NCBI GenBank assembly: GCA_965112155.1
Contig: OZ218098.1
Strand: one strand, 5' to 3'
Length of the DNA stretch: 64,000 nt
Source of the DNA: Podarcis liolepis
Lineage: Eukaryota
Positions 1 to 13,413 of the stretch are shown piece by piece (positions within the stretch are counted from its first letter, which is position 1; each line of letters begins with the position of its first letter). The translations under genes and the position numbers were made by a program. The notes beneath the pieces were generated by a model. That model did not search any database and was not told the DNA's origin. It saw only the letters and a list, made by a program, of their open reading frames with translations.

Positions 1-888
1 TTTTGACTGGCAGGCTGGATCCTAGGTTCCCTCAACCCTGGCAGCAACTCTGCCAATCAGCTGATCTCACTATGAAGTCATTTCTGTGCAACAACGCGTG
101 CTGCAAAAGAAAACATGAGGCTTGAAGTTTTTGCCCATCAGCTGAAAGGCAGTGACTCCAAGTCTCTTTTCTGTAAGGATCAGCTGTGTTGCCAATTCAG
201 TGGGCAGTGACACCAAGCCTCCTTTCTGCAGAGATATCATCTGCACAGCGTATCCATCAGCCCACTGCAGTTCCATCTGCTCCACTTTGAACAACAGGGA
301 ACATGCTTTAAGCTCTCAATTGTGCCTTCACAGCCACATCTCTACCTGCCCCACACCTGTTGTCACATATGAAGTCAGGTGTGGGGCACATGGGAGTGGT
401 TTGGGGAAAGCGGCCTCCCATGGCCTGGAGATTCCTCACCCCTGGGTTAAATATATTTAAATGGTTTTGTACCTTAAAAAAAGTTTGCAATATTTTGATA
501 TAAAGTTGTTGTAATCCACCTTTGGCTCATTGCATTGAGAAATACTGGGATATAAGTCAAGCAAATAAATCAGTCTTCAAACAGCTCCCTGCCTCTGGCA
601 GAAATAAGTTGCCAGCAACAAATTTTGTGTGGCACAGAATGTGGAAGATAAAAATAACAGCTGAGAGCTTTTGGAAGAGCAGGAAACACTTTCTCAAGCT
701 AATTTACTTTCTTTTACTTCACTTTCCTCTCTACTTTCAACCCATTTATATAATATGGATGTTTCTTCAGAATTAAGTTTGCATAGAGCATTTCAGAAAC
801 CATAGTTCCTGATTCCTAACTTGCTCATACTAGATATTGAGGTCTTTGTGCCCTTTACAAATGCTTTTATTTCTACCCTTTCCCCAAG

Positions 889-968
889 AAATACAAAGTA
901 AGCGACAAGAAAGGAAACGAAGGACAACAGCAAATCCAGTGTACAGCGGAGCTGTCTTTGAGCCTGAG
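889..968 (+). CDS. PHF21A: PHF21A exon (80 nt): [27 protein letters not shown]
   Basis: Acceptor ttccccaag|, donor GAG|gtaac; phase 1->0. Confidence 0.95.
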
Positions 969-3364
969 GTAACAATTTTTGGTTATAAAATAAGTAAATA
1001 ACTTGCTGAAAAGCATTTTGCTCATTGCTTCAGCATTCTAGGTGTATGAAAACAATCACATTCGAAGCTAGACAGTGGGACTGTCATCACTTAAGAGAGC
1101 ATGAAGGACAATTAAAAATGGAAAGAAGTTTCCTACTTTATACTTTCTTTCCCTTATATCTTCCCCCCTCCTCCTTCTTCTCTGGCATGATTGCAGACTT
1201 GGCATTGAATTATTTCTCTCATCACAAGTGGGATCAGCATTGCCTGTAATTGTGTGAAAGACTAGCTTTTCTACAGGGTAGTATCCAAATACTGAAACGA
1301 TAATGGACATAATCTCAAGAAAGTTAAACCTACATTTGATTCTTACTGAAATTTATGGATTTAAGTGCAAAAGCCTGTTTGCTTCAATGGGACTCAACAC
1401 TTGTGTTCTTCCAGATTTTTTATATAGTCACTCTGTGGGTGTGGGTGTGGGTGGGTGGGTGTAGGTGTAGATGTAGCTTTCACTTGCCAAAACAGTTGGC
1501 TAACTACTTTCTTCCTTTCTTCTGTAAAGCGCAAGAAGAGCGCAGTCACATACCTGAACAGCACAATGCATCCTGGGACACGTAAACGAGGTAGGTGTCT
1601 CATAATAGCACCTCCCTGTATGTTTATTTCCCTTTCGTTTGGACTGAAATAAAACAATATAGAAAATAGTTTTGTGGTACTGAATACACATAGTAGGTAT
1701 GCTGTAACCCTGGTAGGCAGCTACTCTACAGAAGCATCCTTTGTTGGTAGGCTTTGGGGGTAATCTGGAATGAATAAGGATATATATGGGAGAATTTCCT
1801 GTGTGTAAACTGCCCTGGGCCAGTAAAGATTCCCAACCCAGTTTAGTAAATGTAACCCGTCATGCAGACTAGAAGGGGGGTGCCAAGGTGGTAACTGAGC
1901 TCCCATTCTGAGACTCTTCCTGGGTAGTGACTAAGTGCGTTTGGTCCTATGTTAGGACTCACTGTTTATGAAATTATTTCTTGTTCTGTTAAGAACATGT
2001 TCAGGTTTCTTTGAAAGGCGAGTTACTTGATATTTGATGAAATCGTGTGGCAACCGTGGTACTCTTAAAATTATTACAGGGATGCTTGCAAAATTCTTCC
2101 TACCCAATTTTCTCCTTAGATTTCAAGGTTCCAAATTCTTGATCTTGCTTGTGGAATGGCACCAGTAATCTGCCATTTTTCCATTTTTAATGTACAGACT
2201 TTGTTTAGGCTGCTACACATGCAGTTCACTAGTTTTCCATTTGCATATTCCCCCCCACACACTTTACAGGTTACTAATCCATGCCAGCAATGGCAAACGT
2301 TGATTAAAATACTAACAAAAAAGGCAGTAGTAACATGGTCATATCTATTCATGTGCCCTAGTGTGTATCTGTAAACTGTTAAGGGTTAGGAGTAATGTTG
2401 CAAATGGAAAACTGGCAAACTGCATATAAGCCAGTCCTGAGATGTATTTTAGAAATTGTCCATTTAAAACTATAAGGCAGGTAAAGCAGAGCATGGGGCA
2501 GCCAATCCATGGAACAAGAAAAGAACTTGGGATATCTATTTTATCCCTTGACCTAAACTATGCTGCTTCCACTGTGAACAATATATCTAGTATTAAAGGA
2601 AAGAGAGCCCAGTTGAAACTGAGATGGTGTGAACTGTGGAAGGTTTGCTCAGAAACACTTTTCCTTGAGGAGGGAAGGTTTCTGCATTCTCCCTGCATCT
2701 TGAACCTTTAAGTGTTGTTTGGTGGTCTCCAAGAAGCAGATGATGCACAGTTTTTGAAGTTTTGAGATGAAGCCCTCAGCTTCAGTAGGTTGTGACAGCT
2801 ATCGACATGGTTGAGTTCAAGAGAGGTTAAGTTAATTCCTAATGCTTTGGGTGACCCTAAGATCACCAGAGAATGTATGTTGATGGCCAGGAATCAGAAA
2901 GGTACTATATCATCAATGCTTGTTGTTGCTAATACATCACCAAGCATGTCTGTTTTGTGTCTGAGACAAGTTACTACTGATCTGTTCTCGTGTGGTGGTT
3001 GCTGTGTTCTTAGAGCCAGCCAATTGCACAGTAGAACTAAGCTTGGCTTTGAGATTGATTTATTTTGACTCTGTTCAGTGCTAAATATCATGGGTGAGCA
3101 CTGAATGCCCTTTCTGTAATGCTTTCTAATGTTTCCTCTGCTCCTGGGCCTGTTGTTCAAAAACAAATGGCCAGGTCAGAGGACGTAAGTTGTATAATAC
3201 TTGATATTTCAAATGTTAAAAGATACATGCACTATGTACCTAATAGGTTGAGTGTGTTCATGCACATGAGTGTTTGGGTGAGTTATTAGGTAGCTCAGTA
3301 GAGTGCATTTGTCTCTTTCTGTTTAGCCCACTGATTTGAATTTGCTTAAAATGATAGTGCCTGA

Positions 3365-3426
<62 letters not shown>

Positions 3427-6400
3427 GTCTTTGGCAGCTTTTGGCATTTTGAAAATAAGGTGATGGTCTCATTGCAGTTTACATTGAGCAGGCTTTACTT
3501 TCTCCAAAAACTGCTGCCATAACTGCTCAGTTCAGCTATTAGTGCATTTCCCCAGGAGATCAGGTGTTCAGAGGAGCCCTTCTTTCCTTGCATAATTTGT
3601 TTCTCACCTGAAGCAAAATTGGATGTACTGGGGTTTTTTTGCACTGATGTTGGCTTTCTGTCCCTCAACACACAGAGGGCATTGGCCTTCAGTGCCACTT
3701 TCCATCAGAGTTGTTAGGTGCCATTTACTGAAGATAATGATTACTATACATGTTTAATTTGATCTTCCTGCCTCTTTTCTCAGTCTCTAGCTTCACTTAT
3801 TGACTGCTTAAATATCTTTATTTATATATTCCTCTCTGAGCATATGCCTCTCATCAATCACCAGAGTAGTGGTAATACAAAAGACAAAGATTGGTGTTTC
3901 CTACAGTGTTGTGATTTCACTTGGAATAATAGCACACTTTATCGTGAGTTATATCTTCCTACAGTCAGCAGGATAGGATTTTATCTTAACTCTTCATACT
4001 TGCAGATTTGCTTTGTTGAGGCTTTCTCCCACTTAGGCTACCTTACAGCTCCTTTTGCTGAGAGAGATCTCATGGGGTTGCAGGCCATAATTTTCTCTGG
4101 CATTTGTGGAATGTTGTGAGTTTTTCTTAGCACAAAGGTGGTATTTAGATGTAGGTTTCACCTTAGGCTCACTGAGGGTGATTTACCAATGGTCATAACA
4201 ATGTGATGGAGATACCATGATAAACTAGAGTGGTAGAAATCATGGCAGCTTTTCTTTGCCAGTGGAATTTGGGGCTGGTAAGTTAAAAGTTAAAGACATT
4301 AGTGTGGTTATATAGATATATTGGGAGTAGTGCTCTTTCTGAAGGCATGTGTTTTCTCTCTTGTGATACCATCCTTCCTTACACAATTCTCCTTTAAGTG
4401 TCTTAAAAATAACTTTACAGTCCTGACTTGGCTTTCTTTCACTCGTGACTATAATACTAACTTCTTCTCTGTACTACATCACTTCCTTTTTTTCATGCTA
4501 GCCAATGAGGAGCACTGGCCAAAGGTATGTAAGATTATTTCCCCTCCCCTTTTTGTTCCCTTTTGTTAATGTGTAGGTCGTCCACCTAAATACAACACGG
4601 TGCTGGGGTTTGGGGCTCTGACCCCCACATCCCCTCTGTCCAGTCATCCTGACTCCCCTGAAAATGAAAAGACAGAGACCACATTTTCTTTCCCCGCAAC
4701 TGTTCATCCTGTGTCCCTGCCCAGCCCCAGCTCCACAGACGTAAGTAATTCTTCCTGAGAGGTTTGCTGTTCGAAGAGACCGTGGAGACTTCAGAATTTG
4801 GTTCTTTAGATGCACTGGTATTATGGTAAACTGCAATAATATGACCCCCTTCTTCAGCCCCCTACACTTCTACTTGTACCTATTCACCCCCCCCCACCCA
4901 AACTCTGGAGTAGTATATATATATCTATATGATATCCACAGGACATGCCAGAATGTTCATATCCTAGAATCGTAGAATTGTAGAGTTAGAAGGGGAAATA
5001 TTTCTATAAGCCCTTCCCAGATGCACAGTGATGCAGTGAATTAAAGACAGTGCATATGTGATATATTTCAGCAATCTAGTGGCAGGAGGAGAACAGGTCC
5101 TGTCACACAATTACGTATTATTACTGAATCAATAAAGTAAGGAGAAATTCTTGCTCAAGATAGTTGGACACAGCGTTAGTGGAATCAGAGGGAGTGCCTT
5201 CACTGACACCTGGCAGTTGCTTCTCGTTTATGGATTCTGCATACCTATCTGGGGAAAAGTTTTCTTTTCTGTGAAAGTATCCTCCTGGTATGTGAGCCCA
5301 GTTGCCTGTTCTGCCAGTTTAGCACAGGCTGAATTAAAGTTGATCTAATCCATAGCTTGATCTGCAGCACTGTCTGTTTTTGGAGAGTGTGAGTGGTAAA
5401 TTTTTATTACTCAGAAGGAAGGTAAATCCATCATTCTCATGATAGCTGGGTTGGAATTGGAAGTTCTGGACTCACAACCTTGGTCAAGTCTCATCACTTC
5501 TCTGTACCTTCGTTTCCTCATAATAAATAGCTCCATGGTTGTAAGACCCAACTAATGAACACATTTTACACACAATCAGACTTGCATAACTTTTATGTTC
5601 TAGTGGGCTGCACTAGATGTTCCTCCAATCTGTTTTTTATGCTGCTGAGCTAAGAGCCTCTGCATCTCATTCATGAAATATGCAGCTTGAGGATTGCTCT
5701 AACTTACATAACTGTATCTGTAGCCTCATTGTTGAAGCAGCCAAGAATAGCCAAATCAGGAACACCATCAGTATCTTTTCTGCACTGCTGGGTATTGCAA
5801 AAGATAAAATCAACAGGCAGCATTCCTATAGGATGCAAGTTCTGTGTTAAGAGCCATAGTCATTCATTCTCTAGGTATTGTATTATTCATGAAATCTCCC
5901 AAACTATCAGAAGGCAGTAGTAAAAATTGATCCAAACAAAGAGGACTTTCCTGCTGATTTAGCATGGTGTGCACACGTGCACATGAACACATTCTACTTA
6001 TAACAGGTTTGACAAAGGTTGCTAGACTCTTAAGCACATTGGCTTTATAAATAAAGCACTAGGACAGTGAGCTCATTGTCATTCCAGTTGATGTCTGTTG
6101 CACATTTTTACATAATGTTCTGAGCTTTCGGTAATGATGTAATTCTGATTAGCCATCTGAATAGCCATCAGCCTTCAAGCCTAGAGTGTTTTGCTAAATA
6201 TCCATCCACCAAACATGTACACACATCACATGAATGTATTGCTTCCTCCAGAAATTCACCTCCTATTTCACTTCAGTGGTGTGTGTTTTTTGGAGAATTT
6301 ATGGTAAATAGGTTTGTTTTCAGTTGTGTCCCTCCACTCACCAAAGATTCTTTAATCCAATATAGGATTCCCTTAATGGAATGGGGGCAGGCATTGTTTG

Positions 6401-9400
6401 CTGATTTCCCCCCATCTCTCTGCAGTCCCTAGACCTTCCCTGGTCTGCTCCAAAGGATTGCGGAGGTTGATGGGGCAGGTGGCCCCAGAAGATAATGAAA
6501 ACTGCTTCCCTTCCATTCATGGAAACCTCTGCTAGTGCAGAGTACTGCCCATTAATGGAGAGAAACAACTGAGTACAACCTTCTGATCTTGTTAGCTTCT
6601 GAATATCTTTAACTGCCATAATCAGTTACTCAGATTAAGATGCTCATTAGGTTTCAGCTCCACTTCAACAAGCACTCTAGGGCTAGGATGTGGGATCTGT
6701 GGCCTTCCAGATGTTGCTCTACTCAAACTTTCATTAGTCTTGGCTAGCACAGCCGGAGGTCAGGGGATTTTGTAAATTTGTTCAGCAGTATTTGGAGAGC
6801 TATATGCTCCTCATCCCTGTTCTAGGGAAACCTCATTGTGTTTGTCCTCCATGCAATCACAAAATACAAGAAAAAAGTAGGCAGTTTGAGTTTGGGTAGT
6901 CATAACGCTTCAAGAGATACATGAAAGTTTAACTCTGTTGAGTGGACAATATGAAACTGGCTGTATTATTATAGATTGAACTACCTTAGAACCCAACAAT
7001 GCTCAAGTCACAGGGGATCCAACCCCCTTATATTTTGTGAACTCAGCTACTACTACTACTACTACTACTACACTGTAGAAAGCTACAGAGAGGGGTATGA
7101 CTGACTTAAAAGCTGGGTGGGGGGTTGAGGGATAAAATGTGAGGTTTTCATTAAGTCCCCCCCCTTCCCCCCATAATTTGAACATTGGAATCCAGCACTC
7201 ATTTGATATGTAGAACTTGCAAAATCAAAGCATCTTTATATGCCAAAGTCAGGATAGCACAGTAAATTTAGGAATTAATAGAGAGAGGTTTCCATCAAAG
7301 TGTGAAGGCTTGGTTTTCAGTGTCAAAGTTTAAGCCTCAGCTAATGTTTGTGGGTAATATCCTCCCACCCGCCAGTGGTTGGTATTCTGGCATCATTTAA
7401 TATGTATTCTTAATAAAGATGGGCACATTAGCATGCTATGTAAGGCAGTAGAAAACATCTGGCATAATTCAAATCCTACCACTGCTCAGTTTGATATGGA
7501 AGATTGAATTACATATTTTAAGGAGGCTGTGACACTTTTATTTCTTTCAAATTTTATCCCTATATTCTGAATTTGAAGAAAGCTTTAGAGATTGGGATTT
7601 GGATGTAGCAGTTTTCCAGAGCAGCCCTCAGTTGATTGAAATTCATGTATTAAGCCATTTTCTGTTACCTTATTTCTGTTCTTTTTAGCTCTTCTTCTCT
7701 TTCTGCATTTCTGTACAGTAATCTACAAATAAAAATAGTAACTATGAGATGGTAACGGCAGAAGGAAAGAGAGAAAAGGAAACTAAATGGCTTTGCTAAG
7801 AATTTTGCATCCTAAAGTGAAGAGATAAGGAAGGGAAAGTAATGCAAAGAGTCATGCAAAACTGAAATGTTCTTGCTATTAAAACTAGTACTGGGGCCTT
7901 TGTTGCCATTTTACAGCTGGGGATGGTGTTTTGTGTTAGTCTGGTTTGGTCAAGGTTTTCCATCTCTTCTATCGAAAGGCCAAGTTTACGTAAAATAAAT
8001 CAGAAAAAGTATACCTATTACTGGATATTGCAGTGATGCACCAAGGTTAAAGTTATATTAGGCTTAAAGTGGCGCATTAACTTAATTTTGCAACCAGTGC
8101 CTTCTACTTCCAAAATATTGAAAAGATGATGGCACATGAAACACATTTCTTAGGAAAGACTGTAGCTACCTTAAGAGGTAGCACCCAGGTGAAATTATGC
8201 TTATGCTCATGCTAAGCATGCCCAAGGCTATATTCCATAGCCTTTTGCAAACAATAATTTTATTGCACAATAAATATGTAGATCTTACTCATATTTGCAG
8301 AGAATCCAGGCAGCCTTTCTCCTCAGTGCTGTTCCCCAGATATCACATTTTGCCAACGTGTAGGCCACAGCTCTTTTGCCAATAGAAAGCATTAATTTTA
8401 TATTTTATCTTTGGCCCCCACCTGCCTAACCCATCCCCTTGCTTTCTTGTTTTGATTTGGCGTGCTGCGTGGAATGAGGCTGTACAGATGTCACAGGCAC
8501 CTAGAAATGGCCATGACTTCACTGCTCACAATTTTCTGCCCCTATAGCTGTGCAGATTTTGCTTATTTGCTTAGAGGCTTATCAATCCAGTGTGGTCATA
8601 AAGACATACAGTAGCAGCAGCAACCACCACAGCAAATCTCTCTTATCCATCATGGTTAATGATATCAGCTTTTATTCCTTGTATATGTGTTAGTTTCACT
8701 GCTCTCCAGCATTGGAATATTCATATTCACTATTTGATTTATGCACTCTATCCCCAAACAAAATAAGCACCTCAGTATTGTGAGCTCCTAGTGTTGGATC
8801 GGGCTACTAGTGTTGGATTTAAATTATTAGTTGCTTACTACAAAAGTCTCTAATGGAGCAATCCTAACTATAGAAAGCTAGCATAAGTAATGCTGGCATG
8901 TTACAGTGGCAAAAGTTACCCTTATTCCAAACTCAGTTCAGAAGGAATAGGACACTCTTTGCCAGCTACATTGGCTGGGCTGCTGGGTCACTTGACTGAG
9001 CCAGAAGGTGTTTGGAAGAGGTGTAAGTCTCTCCTTGCTCTGCCACATCTCCAGAATGCCCCCTTCTGGGGGGAACTTGTGCTAGTGTAAATGATACCGT
9101 CTTAAAATCCACCGGCTGAGCACCCATTAAGATCTGCCATATCCAAATTCTTTCATCCCAGTGGATCCTAGGTTTCAATTACACTGCAAGTGACTTACAA
9201 TCTTTTGGTTTTTAACTTTTTTGTAACAAAAAACAGAAGCTAAAGCATTCTGCACTACCAGGGCCACCTGTCCCTCAAGTGACAGCAGTGGATACAGGAA
9301 AACACTCAGACTATGGACCTTTCAGAATGAGTCTCACCCTGCCAAGAGCAGATTGCATGCCATTCACCTGGTCAGAAGATCCACCTGCTAATCCATCTTG

Positions 9401-12400
9401 GCTGGATTAAGACTCATGTCATTGGTCCTCATCCATGACAGGGCACCAATCAGCAGATCCACTGCCTACCTGCAGAAGATGACATAAGAGCTGTGTGTCA
9501 TCAGCATGGTGATGACAGCACACTCTCAGACGCTGTCTAATCCCACCCAGCATTAAGTGAAACGTGGGTGACAAGTTCTGCACCTCCTGGAGAACCGAAC
9601 CTATTGCGGCCCTTTAAAAATGCTTTCCATACAGTGGATCACTGGGACTTTCACCCCACATTTAATTTCACTTACTTGGAAATAAGATGGGTGTGATCCT
9701 TAACTATATAAATAAGTGATCTGTGCTTTATAGTTTGAAATTGTACTAGGGTAGACATGGTGGCATTTGAAGAAGCTGTGGCCCTTGACGTTCCTTGTGG
9801 TTCTTTTCTGTCTGAAGAAAGTGGATCTAATCGTCAGGCACCCTTTGGTAGCTTTCTTTCTGTGTTTCATGAAAAGGATATTATTTGGGGGATTTCATTC
9901 ACTTAGGACTTTACTTTGAACTGGAATTTAGTTTTCAAAGTTTGTAAGTTCCCTTTCCCCCCTCTAATTTTATAGGGTGATATCCATGAAGATTTTTGCA
10001 GTGTTTGCAGGAAAAGTGGGCAGTTGCTGATGTGTGACACGTGCTCACGTGTGTATCACTTGGACTGTCTGGACCCACCTCTGAAAACTATTCCCAAGGG
10101 CATGTGGATCTGTCCCAAATGTCAAGACCAGGTATTGTTTGACACAAAAGGGGAAGCCTCTCGCAATGGTTCTCTGCTTTTGGACAAAATGGGTGGGGCA
10201 CATGGCTTAGACTTTGAGAGGGTGACAATATCTGACCTGAATTGAAATGGCCTCACAAATTCAAAGCCATCAAACGTTTGCTTTTCTGTTCCACATCTCA
10301 GGGTACTAAACAGCCATTTATTTGCCATGGCAAAGCTCGAAGACTTACGGGGAAGATTCCCTTTGATCCACTTGCATCTTTATCTATTTCTGCTTCCACA
10401 AAATAATGTTAGCTTCATTCTACAATACATGGGTTGGAAAGTCCAGTATTTTAAGGTCTAGGACAAAGCTACATGCTGGAAAAGCAATGTTTGCATGATA
10501 ATGCAGGGACACAGGGCATTTTACAGGTGAGAGTTAGCAGGCATGAGATAGATGCTAAATCTTTCCCCATAGCTGGCTCTGAGAGCAAAAATAAGCCCAG
10601 CTGGGGAGGAACGTTTTGTGATGAATAACCACATGATTAAATACCCGTCTCCCACCCACCAATTCTCTTCTGGAAATGCCCCGCTACTCCTGCATTGCTG
10701 TTAACCAACAAACACATTTGTGGGAAATGCATGTTTGCCAAAGTAACATGTAGTTTTCTCCACGGAGACTGCTCTTTGCTATCAGAGTGTTTTTCCTTTA
10801 GCTAATTAGATCAGCAGTTTGTGAATCATGAAGTCACAATCCTCTCTACTGGCAAGTTTTAAGATCAGATGTGTTGTCTCTTCATTCCTGTTCAGCTTGT
10901 TAAAATTTCATCAGCAGAAAATGTTTGTAGATGCAAGGGAATGTACAAAATTGCTGACATGGTGATTAAACAGGCTTCCCTTGTGGGAGGTTTAGCACAG
11001 ATGTGTGAGTATTTCATGCTATTAAATCTTGAGGGTCTTCCCGAACTATTGTGGAGGTTTTTGTGTGTGCAGTAAATGCAATGTTTACTTGCTTGAGGTG
11101 CGTGTTGAGTTGTGGATCAGGCATCTTTTTTGGATAATGCTTCTGTTGAAGAATTTCCCCAGTACTCAAACCTCAGTATTCTTTTGCTTGAAATTTCCTT
11201 CCCCTCTCCCCCCTCTCCATTTCAGCATACTATTGTGAGTGCTGTGTATAAGCTGGTTTTGAATATCACAGGCACATATGTTTTAGTGATTAGTAACACA
11301 ATTCCCCTTCTTCCTACCAGTGCCTCACTATTTTGTTATCCATTTAGGGATTTTTATTTTTTTTAATTAATTCTTTAGGGGCTGAATGCTTGCCTGCTGA
11401 AACAACCAAGCATAGAAATGATCATGTAATTGCCTTCATTTTGTTTTTTAATGTAGACTTTAAAGCAACAAGGCTACCCTTCCTTACCATTTTATGAAAT
11501 TTATGTTTTTTATTTAGTTCTCGAAAGGTTACGTGTTATCCCCATGCACTTGATAGCACTGCAGCACAGCCTTCCTCTCCCTCCTTTTGATATGTGGATA
11601 TAGTCTGGTTCATTTCTCTTTCCCATTGGCCTCTCACATCCATCACATGTCAACAAAGCATCAGGCTTCTTGTCCCGGACCAGAACTAGCAGCAACCCAA
11701 GAGTAGAACAAAGGGGGATTTTAAGTTGTTTTATTGCCTGGGAAGGGCCTAAGAAGAGAATGGCATTGATTTTAATAGTTGTTGTGTAAGATACCCTTTA
11801 GTGTGTGTCATCTTTCCTAGAGGTAGAACATGTCAGCCAAGTGTTCCTTCTCCTTTCTTTCAGATGCTAAAGAAAGAAGAAGCAATCCCGTGGCCAGGAA
11901 CTTTAGCAATTGTTCATTCATATATTGCCTACAAAGCAGGTAAGAAAATGGTGCAGGGCTTGGCTTGGTTTTCTTTTCTTTGGAAAATGTTACTTTGAGG
12001 AAGGGAGTAGGATGTTTGTTTTCAGAAGGAAATTAAGAGCTGACTGCATGATAACCCCAGTAATGAAATGGATATGACAGCTTCATCTGACTCTCTTTAT
12101 GTCTGCACCTGCAGCTTCAGGTATGGTCCTGTACTGGCTTTCCATTGTGCAAAAGCAGCTGAGAGATCCCATCCGCAGGGCATAATTGATACAATTGATG
12201 TACTCTCTTCCACAGCAAAAGAAGAGGAAAAACAGAAATTACTGAAATGGAGTTCAGATTTAAAACAGGAAAGGGAGCAGCTAGAACAGAAAGTCAAACA
12301 GCTCAGCAATTCTATAACAGTAAGTATTGCTGTGCTAAATGATGGTTTGTTTATCCTCTGTGTTCCGCTAGAAGCTACAGCCGTGAATCTTAGAAAATGA

Positions 12401-13033
12401 CTGTTTACTGTGACCAATCACGGTATCAGTTCTGAGCCGTGCTTCACCACAGCTTTGTCATGGTGGTGTTTTTTAAAAGTCTCAGAGGCTTCTTATGTTT
12501 GTTAGAGCTTCTTTTTCTCTGCCAAGTCATAGTTGTAATCTATATGCTGTAGTCGTGGCTGTGAAATAGCATTTGCTTTCTTTGAACTCTTTGGTTTGCT
12601 ATGTGGGCCGTATTTGGTATGGGAGCCATGTTGTATCCACCAGGTACTCTGACAAAGAATCTGTTTTTGCAGTCTCTTGTGGATCTTGGGATCCCTTTGC
12701 TTTAACTTTCATTCTCGTTTGGGCCTTTTTTTATGAGCGCACTCATTAATGCAATGTCGTTCCAATCTGCTTCAGAAATGTATGGAAATGAAGAACACCA
12801 TCCTGGCAAAACAGAAGGAAATGCACAGTTCATTGGAGAAGGTAAAACAGTTAATTCGCCTCATCCAGGGCATCAACCTTTCAAAACCCATAAACTCTGA
12901 GGGCAGTTCCGTCGCCATCTCCAATGGCATGGACTCCACCAATAACGCAAAGGCTGCCGCCGCCTCCACCCCAGCCTCTTCCCCCTCCCAGAGCTGCATG
13001 GTGAACTGTACCAAGGGCGACGAGACTAAATAA
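889..13033 (+). CDS. PHF21A: PHD finger protein 21A (BHC80; LSD1/CoREST complex H3K4me0 reader), 3' portion. Exons 889-968, 1530-1590, [4502-4524 OR 4577-4740], 9976-10131, 11864-11939, 12216-12319, 12776-13033; 5' exons lie upstream of the window
   Basis: Spliced translation [53 protein letters not shown]...[64 protein letters not shown]...[30 protein letters not shown]...GDETK* matches recalled vertebrate PHF21A. All introns are GT-AG and phases are consistent. Confidence 0.97.
1530..1590 (+). CDS. PHF21A: PHF21A exon (61 nt): [20 protein letters not shown]
   Basis: Acceptor tctgtaaag|, donor GAG|gtaggt; branch-like gctaac at ~1499; phase 0->1. Confidence 0.95.
3365..3426. repeat. (TAT)n microsatellite, ~20 units
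   Basis: Perfect tandem tattattat... run. Confidence 0.97.
4502..4524 (+). CDS. PHF21A: PHF21A neuronal-type 23-nt microexon (A)NEEHWPK, mutually exclusive with 4577-4740
   Basis: tttcatgctag|CCAATGAGGAGCACTGGCCAAAG|gtatgt; phase 1->0, same as the next exon; peptide matches the recalled mammalian neuronal PHF21A isoform. Confidence 0.92.
4577..4740 (+). CDS. PHF21A: PHF21A canonical AT-hook exon (164 nt): [55 protein letters not shown]
   Basis: gtgtag| ... GAC|gtaagt; completes the RKRGRPPK AT-hook; phase 1->0. Confidence 0.95.
6683..6819. mobile_element. Short palindromic hAT(Charlie)-like MITE, squamate high-copy family
   Basis: tgtggccttccagatgttg ... tttggagagctatatg arms; near-TSD ctctaggg/ttctaggg; related copies at ~28971, ~32279, ~37840 and ~60088. 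Confidence 0.6.
9976..10131 (+). CDS. PHF21A: PHF21A PHD-finger exon (156 nt)
   Basis: tatag|GGTGATATCCATGAA...GACCAG|gtattg; C4HC3 PHD pattern intact. Confidence 0.97.
11864..11939 (+). CDS. PHF21A: PHF21A exon (76 nt): [25 protein letters not shown]
   Basis: ctttcag| ... GCAG|gtaaga. Confidence 0.96.
12216..12319 (+). CDS. PHF21A: PHF21A exon (104 nt), coiled coil [35 protein letters not shown]
   Basis: ccacag| ... ACA|gtaagt. Confidence 0.96.
12776..13033 (+). CDS. PHF21A: PHF21A last coding exon, stop TAA at 13031-13033
   Basis: cttcag|AAATGTATGGAAATG...GAGACTAAATAA. Confidence 0.96.
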   Translation, partial: KCMEMKNTILAKQKEMHSSLEKVKQLIRLIQGINLSKPINSEGSSVAISNGMDSTNNAKAAAASTPASSPSQSCMVNCTKGDETK

Positions 13034-13235
13034 CATAGCACAGGAAGAAGGAGCCAGGGGAGATGGCGGCGAGGCAGAAGAGCAAAACAATAAAACTCTA
13101 GAAAAGAAAAGCTGGATTTCTTCTGGAAAGCGCAGAACTCTTTGGTTCCAGAAAGAGCGCGAAGAGGCTTGTGCCAGGCGGCACCAGAGTTGCCAATCGA
13201 TCCTCCTTATTCTGTGTGTACGTGCAAAGTTTGGA

Positions 13236-13413
13236 NNNNNNNNNNNNNNNNNNNNNNNNNNNNNNNNNNNNNNNNNNNNNNNNNNNNNNNNNNNNNNNNN
13301 NNNNNNNNNNNNNNNNNNNNNNNNNNNNNNNNNNNNNNNNNNNNNNNNNNNNNNNNNNNNNNNNNNNNNNNNNNNNNNNNNNNNNNNNNNNNNNNNNNNN
13401 NNNNNNNNNNNNN
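13236..13413. other. Assembly gap / masked run (178 N)
   Basis: N run. Confidence 0.99.

Noticed and set aside
12097-13090. Minus-strand ORFs antisense to PHF21A exons
   Set aside because: Shadow frames of real exons; no independent splice or homology evidence
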